A DNA stretch of 18,653 nucleotides, taken from contig JBDRHK010000097.1 in the NCBI GenBank assembly GCA_043816965.1, positions 1 to 18,653 on the forward strand, written 5' to 3'. Under the pieces are notes generated by a model that worked only from the letters and a program-made list of their open reading frames with translations, was not told the origin of the DNA and did no database searches. Shown in pieces: positions 16,692-18,653 of this stretch (positions are counted from its first letter, which is position 1; each line of letters begins with the position of its first letter). Origin of the DNA: Candidatus Iainarchaeum sp. GTDB lineage: Archaea; Iainarchaeota; Iainarchaeia; Iainarchaeales; JAFCCJ01. The position numbers were made by a program, and so were the translations under genes.

Positions 16692-17804
16692 TTAAATGCT
16701 TCTTTCGTAAATCTGCTCTATTTCTTTTGCGGTATTGCTCCAGCTGTATTTTGCTACAGAGTTAAGGGCATTCTTCCCTAAAATTTCCGGAATCCTGCTG
16801 TCCCTCAAAATAAGTTCCATCATGTCTGCGATTTCGATGGGTTTCTGGGGATTTACAAGAAGGCCATTGTGCCAACGGTCGATTATGTATGGAATTCCAC
16901 CGACACTTGAAGCAATAACTGGCTTTCCGCAGGCAAATGCTTCTGTAATGACAAAGGGCATGAGTTCTGCATTAGTAAAAGAAGGCGCAACCAATGAATG
17001 GCACTTGTTGTAAGTTTCTGCCAATTTCCTATCATTTAAAAAGCCAAGGAAATCAACATTGTTTTCAATCCCTAATTTCCTGGAAATGGTTTTGAAATGG
17101 TCCAATGAATCCCCTGTGCCTGCAACCTTAAGCCTTGCCCTTAAGCCTCTGGACTTCAGGATTTTAATTGCCTTTAGCAGATGGGAAAGGCCTTTCCATT
17201 TCTGTTTTCGATTCAGGGTTCCGACAAAAAGAAAATAATCTGCGGAACGGGAAGTTGGATAAAAAACTTCCTTGTCGATTCCAGGATGGACAAATTCGGT
17301 CTTGTTGCGGTGCATGCTAAGGGCATCTGATTCAGAGAGATTTTTATTGTAAAGGATTATTTTCTTTGCAGAATTGAGGGTGAATCTCTCAAAGGTTTTT
17401 TGATAGAGATAAATTAAGGGGTCAAGAAATATTCCTTTTCCTCTCAAATCAAAGGTATTATAGCTGAGAAAGAACGGGATTTTGTTTTTTCTTGCAGCAA
17501 TTGCAGCCATATCTGCAAAGAAGGGCACAGGAGTAAATGCCTGAACCAAATCATAATCATTTTCCCTAATAAGATGGTTGAGTTTTGGCAGAAGGCCAAG
17601 ATTCAGCGGAGTGTTCTTGAATTTCAATCTTGATTTCAGGAAATGGAAATCAATTCCCCTGATGTTTGCACTTGCATTGTGGTCCCCATTGCACACAACA
17701 GAAACACTGTTCCTTTTGGAAAGTTCCTTTGCAAGTTTGTATGCAAACCTGCCCACTCCGCCCCCTTCTGGATGGATGTAGGGGCTAACGAAAAGAATCT
17801 TCAT
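16692..17804 (-). CDS. Family 4 glycosyltransferase (GT-B), copy 2, paralog of 14541-15662
   Basis: YIHPEGGGV, FLFVG.L....WKG, AELMPFVITEAFACGKPVIAS..GGIP. ATG overlaps the stop of the upstream GT2 (17801-17804). Confidence 0.92.
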   Translation of the reverse strand: MKILFVSPYIHPEGGGVGRFAYKLAKELSKRNSVSVVCNGDHNASANIRGIDFHFLKSRLKFKNTPLNLGLLPKLNHLIRENDYDLVQAFTPVPFFADMAAIAARKNKIPFFLSYNTFDLRGKGIFLDPLIYLYQKTFERFTLNSAKKIILYNKNLSESDALSMHRNKTEFVHPGIDKEVFYPTSRSADYFLFVGTLNRKQKWKGLSHLLKAIKILKSRGLRARLKVAGTGDSLDHFKTISRKLGIENNVDFLGFLNDRKLAETYNKCHSLVAPSFTNAELMPFVITEAFACGKPVIASSVGGIPYIIDRWHNGLLVNPQKPIEIADMMELILRDSRIPEILGKNALNSVAKYSWSNTAKEIEQIYERSI

Positions 17805-18478
17805 TTGAATCTTTCCCTAAACATGAACTGGATATGGGATATTCCCTCGCCGAACAAATCCCTGTCTGGTTCTGTAATTTTAGGGTGGTAATTTATAGGG
17901 ACCTCTGCTATGTTTAAGCCCATCTTTTTTGCATTTATCAGCATTTCAGCAGCAAATTCCTTTCCCACGGCCTCTAGGCCAAGGCGGTCACGCGCCTCCC
18001 TTGACAGGCCTCTGAAATTGCAGTAGCAGTCACTGAATCTGGTGCTAAAAAGCAGGTTGAAAATTCCTGTAAGGAGTGGGTTTCCTATTAATCTGCGGGA
18101 GGGGTGCATTGAGCCTTCCTCAATTTTTCCCTTGAACCTTGTCCCAACAACAACATCACTTCCTTCTTGGAGAATCCTCACAAATTTTCCAATCTCAAAG
18201 GGGCTGTAGGATTTGTTACCTTCCATCAGGACAATGAAATCCCCCTTTGCCCGGTTTATGCCCTTGACACAAGCCTGCCCATAACCTTCTTTTGGCTCAT
18301 GCAAAACTCTTGCACCTGCAAGGGTTGCATAAAGCTGTGAGGCATCAGTAGATGCATTATCAACCACAATTACCTCCCCTGCAAGGCCTAGGCCATCTAT
18401 CGCCTTTTTTGCGTCAACGACACATTCCCCGATTGCCTTCTCCTCATTCCTGCAGGGCATTACAACTGAGACATCCAT
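17801..18478 (-). CDS. DPM1-like family 2 glycosyltransferase (polyprenol-phosphate hexosyltransferase fold) with degenerate DxD motif
   Basis: MDVSVVMPCRNEE, VVDNASTD, GYGQA...G, DVVVGTRF, IAEVPINY. Start moved to ATG 18478 (fits family N-terminus and TATA spacing). DxD position reads EGN. Confidence 0.85.
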   Translation of the reverse strand: MDVSVVMPCRNEEKAIGECVVDAKKAIDGLGLAGEVIVVDNASTDASQLYATLAGARVLHEPKEGYGQACVKGINRAKGDFIVLMEGNKSYSPFEIGKFVRILQEGSDVVVGTRFKGKIEEGSMHPSRRLIGNPLLTGIFNLLFSTRFSDCYCNFRGLSREARDRLGLEAVGKEFAAEMLINAKKMGLNIAEVPINYHPKITEPDRDLFGEGISHIQFMFRERFK

Positions 18479-18498
18479 GTAATGAAAAGGGCGTGCAG

Positions 18499-18513
18499 AT
18501 ATAAATTTCTTTC
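18499..18513 (-). promoter_or_regulatory. Archaeal BRE + TATA box for the DPM1-like GT2
   Basis: Minus strand GAAAGAAA-TTTATAT, TATA 21-27 nt upstream of ATG 18478, no SD. Confidence 0.65.
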
Positions 18514-18572
18514 CCTTGGGGAGGATAGGAAACAAATAAATAAACTTGGAGAATAACTTATTCGGCGATAGG

Positions 18573-18653
18573 ATGTATGATGTTGTTTCAGTGGGTTCGG
18601 CAACAGAGGATGTTTTTGTAAAGGTGCATCCAAAATCTGTGGGGGGGAATGTT
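18573..18653 (+). CDS. 5' end of a PfkB/ribokinase-family carbohydrate kinase (partial)
   Basis: ATG 18573 gives MYDVVSVGSATEDVFVKVHPKSVGGNV, open to the window end. DV..vG.a..D matches the PfkB N-terminal strand; only 27 codons visible. Confidence 0.65.
   Translation, partial: MYDVVSVGSATEDVFVKVHPKSVGGNV

Noticed and set aside
3527..17891. Remaining 60-130 aa track ORFs overlapping the main genes
   Set aside because: Fully or largely overlap well-supported CDSs on the opposite strand or in another frame, with no family motifs.
18641..18647. G7 tract in the PfkB-like gene, and A/T runs elsewhere, as phase-variation switches
   Set aside because: Tracts are short, frames are intact, and such runs are expected from Lys/Phe/Gly codons.
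1..18653. CRISPR array, tRNA/rRNA, transposase or integrase
   Set aside because: No spaced repeats, no RNA-gene-sized non-coding stretch with recognisable structure and no recombinase motifs seen by eye.

Overview
Gene-dense, AT-rich window that looks archaeal: BRE/TATA elements sit about 21-32 nt upstream of apparently leaderless starts, and there are GGTGA-type ribosome-binding sites. A DPANN lineage such as Diapherotrites/Iainarchaeota is my inference only. The backbone is a surface-glycosylation locus: a very large secreted Cys-rich LamG-repeat protein (minus strand, 2600 to past the left edge, missed by the ORF track), a GT-C-like multi-pass membrane protein, a Wzx-type flippase, two GT4s, two GT2s (one lacking its DxD motif), a DegT/DnrJ sugar aminotransferase, a two-domain GNAT and a B12-dependent radical SAM enzyme. 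Interleaved is a bacterial-type acyl-chain kit: two FabH/KAS III, one FabG/PhaB-like reductase and two MaoC/PhaJ-like hydratases, plus an Fe-S flavoprotein and a polyferredoxin-like protein. No ACP, FabD, FabF/B or FabI is present in the window. Both FabH copies replace the ACP-docking Arg (E. coli R249) with Asn, and FabG lacks the R129 equivalent. The best candidate for a new system is therefore a CoA-based, ACP-independent pathway that makes a short acyl group for an amino-sugar of the surface glycan, or possibly fatty acyl chains. The surface protein is rich in D-x-N motifs, hinting at a non-canonical glycosylation sequon.
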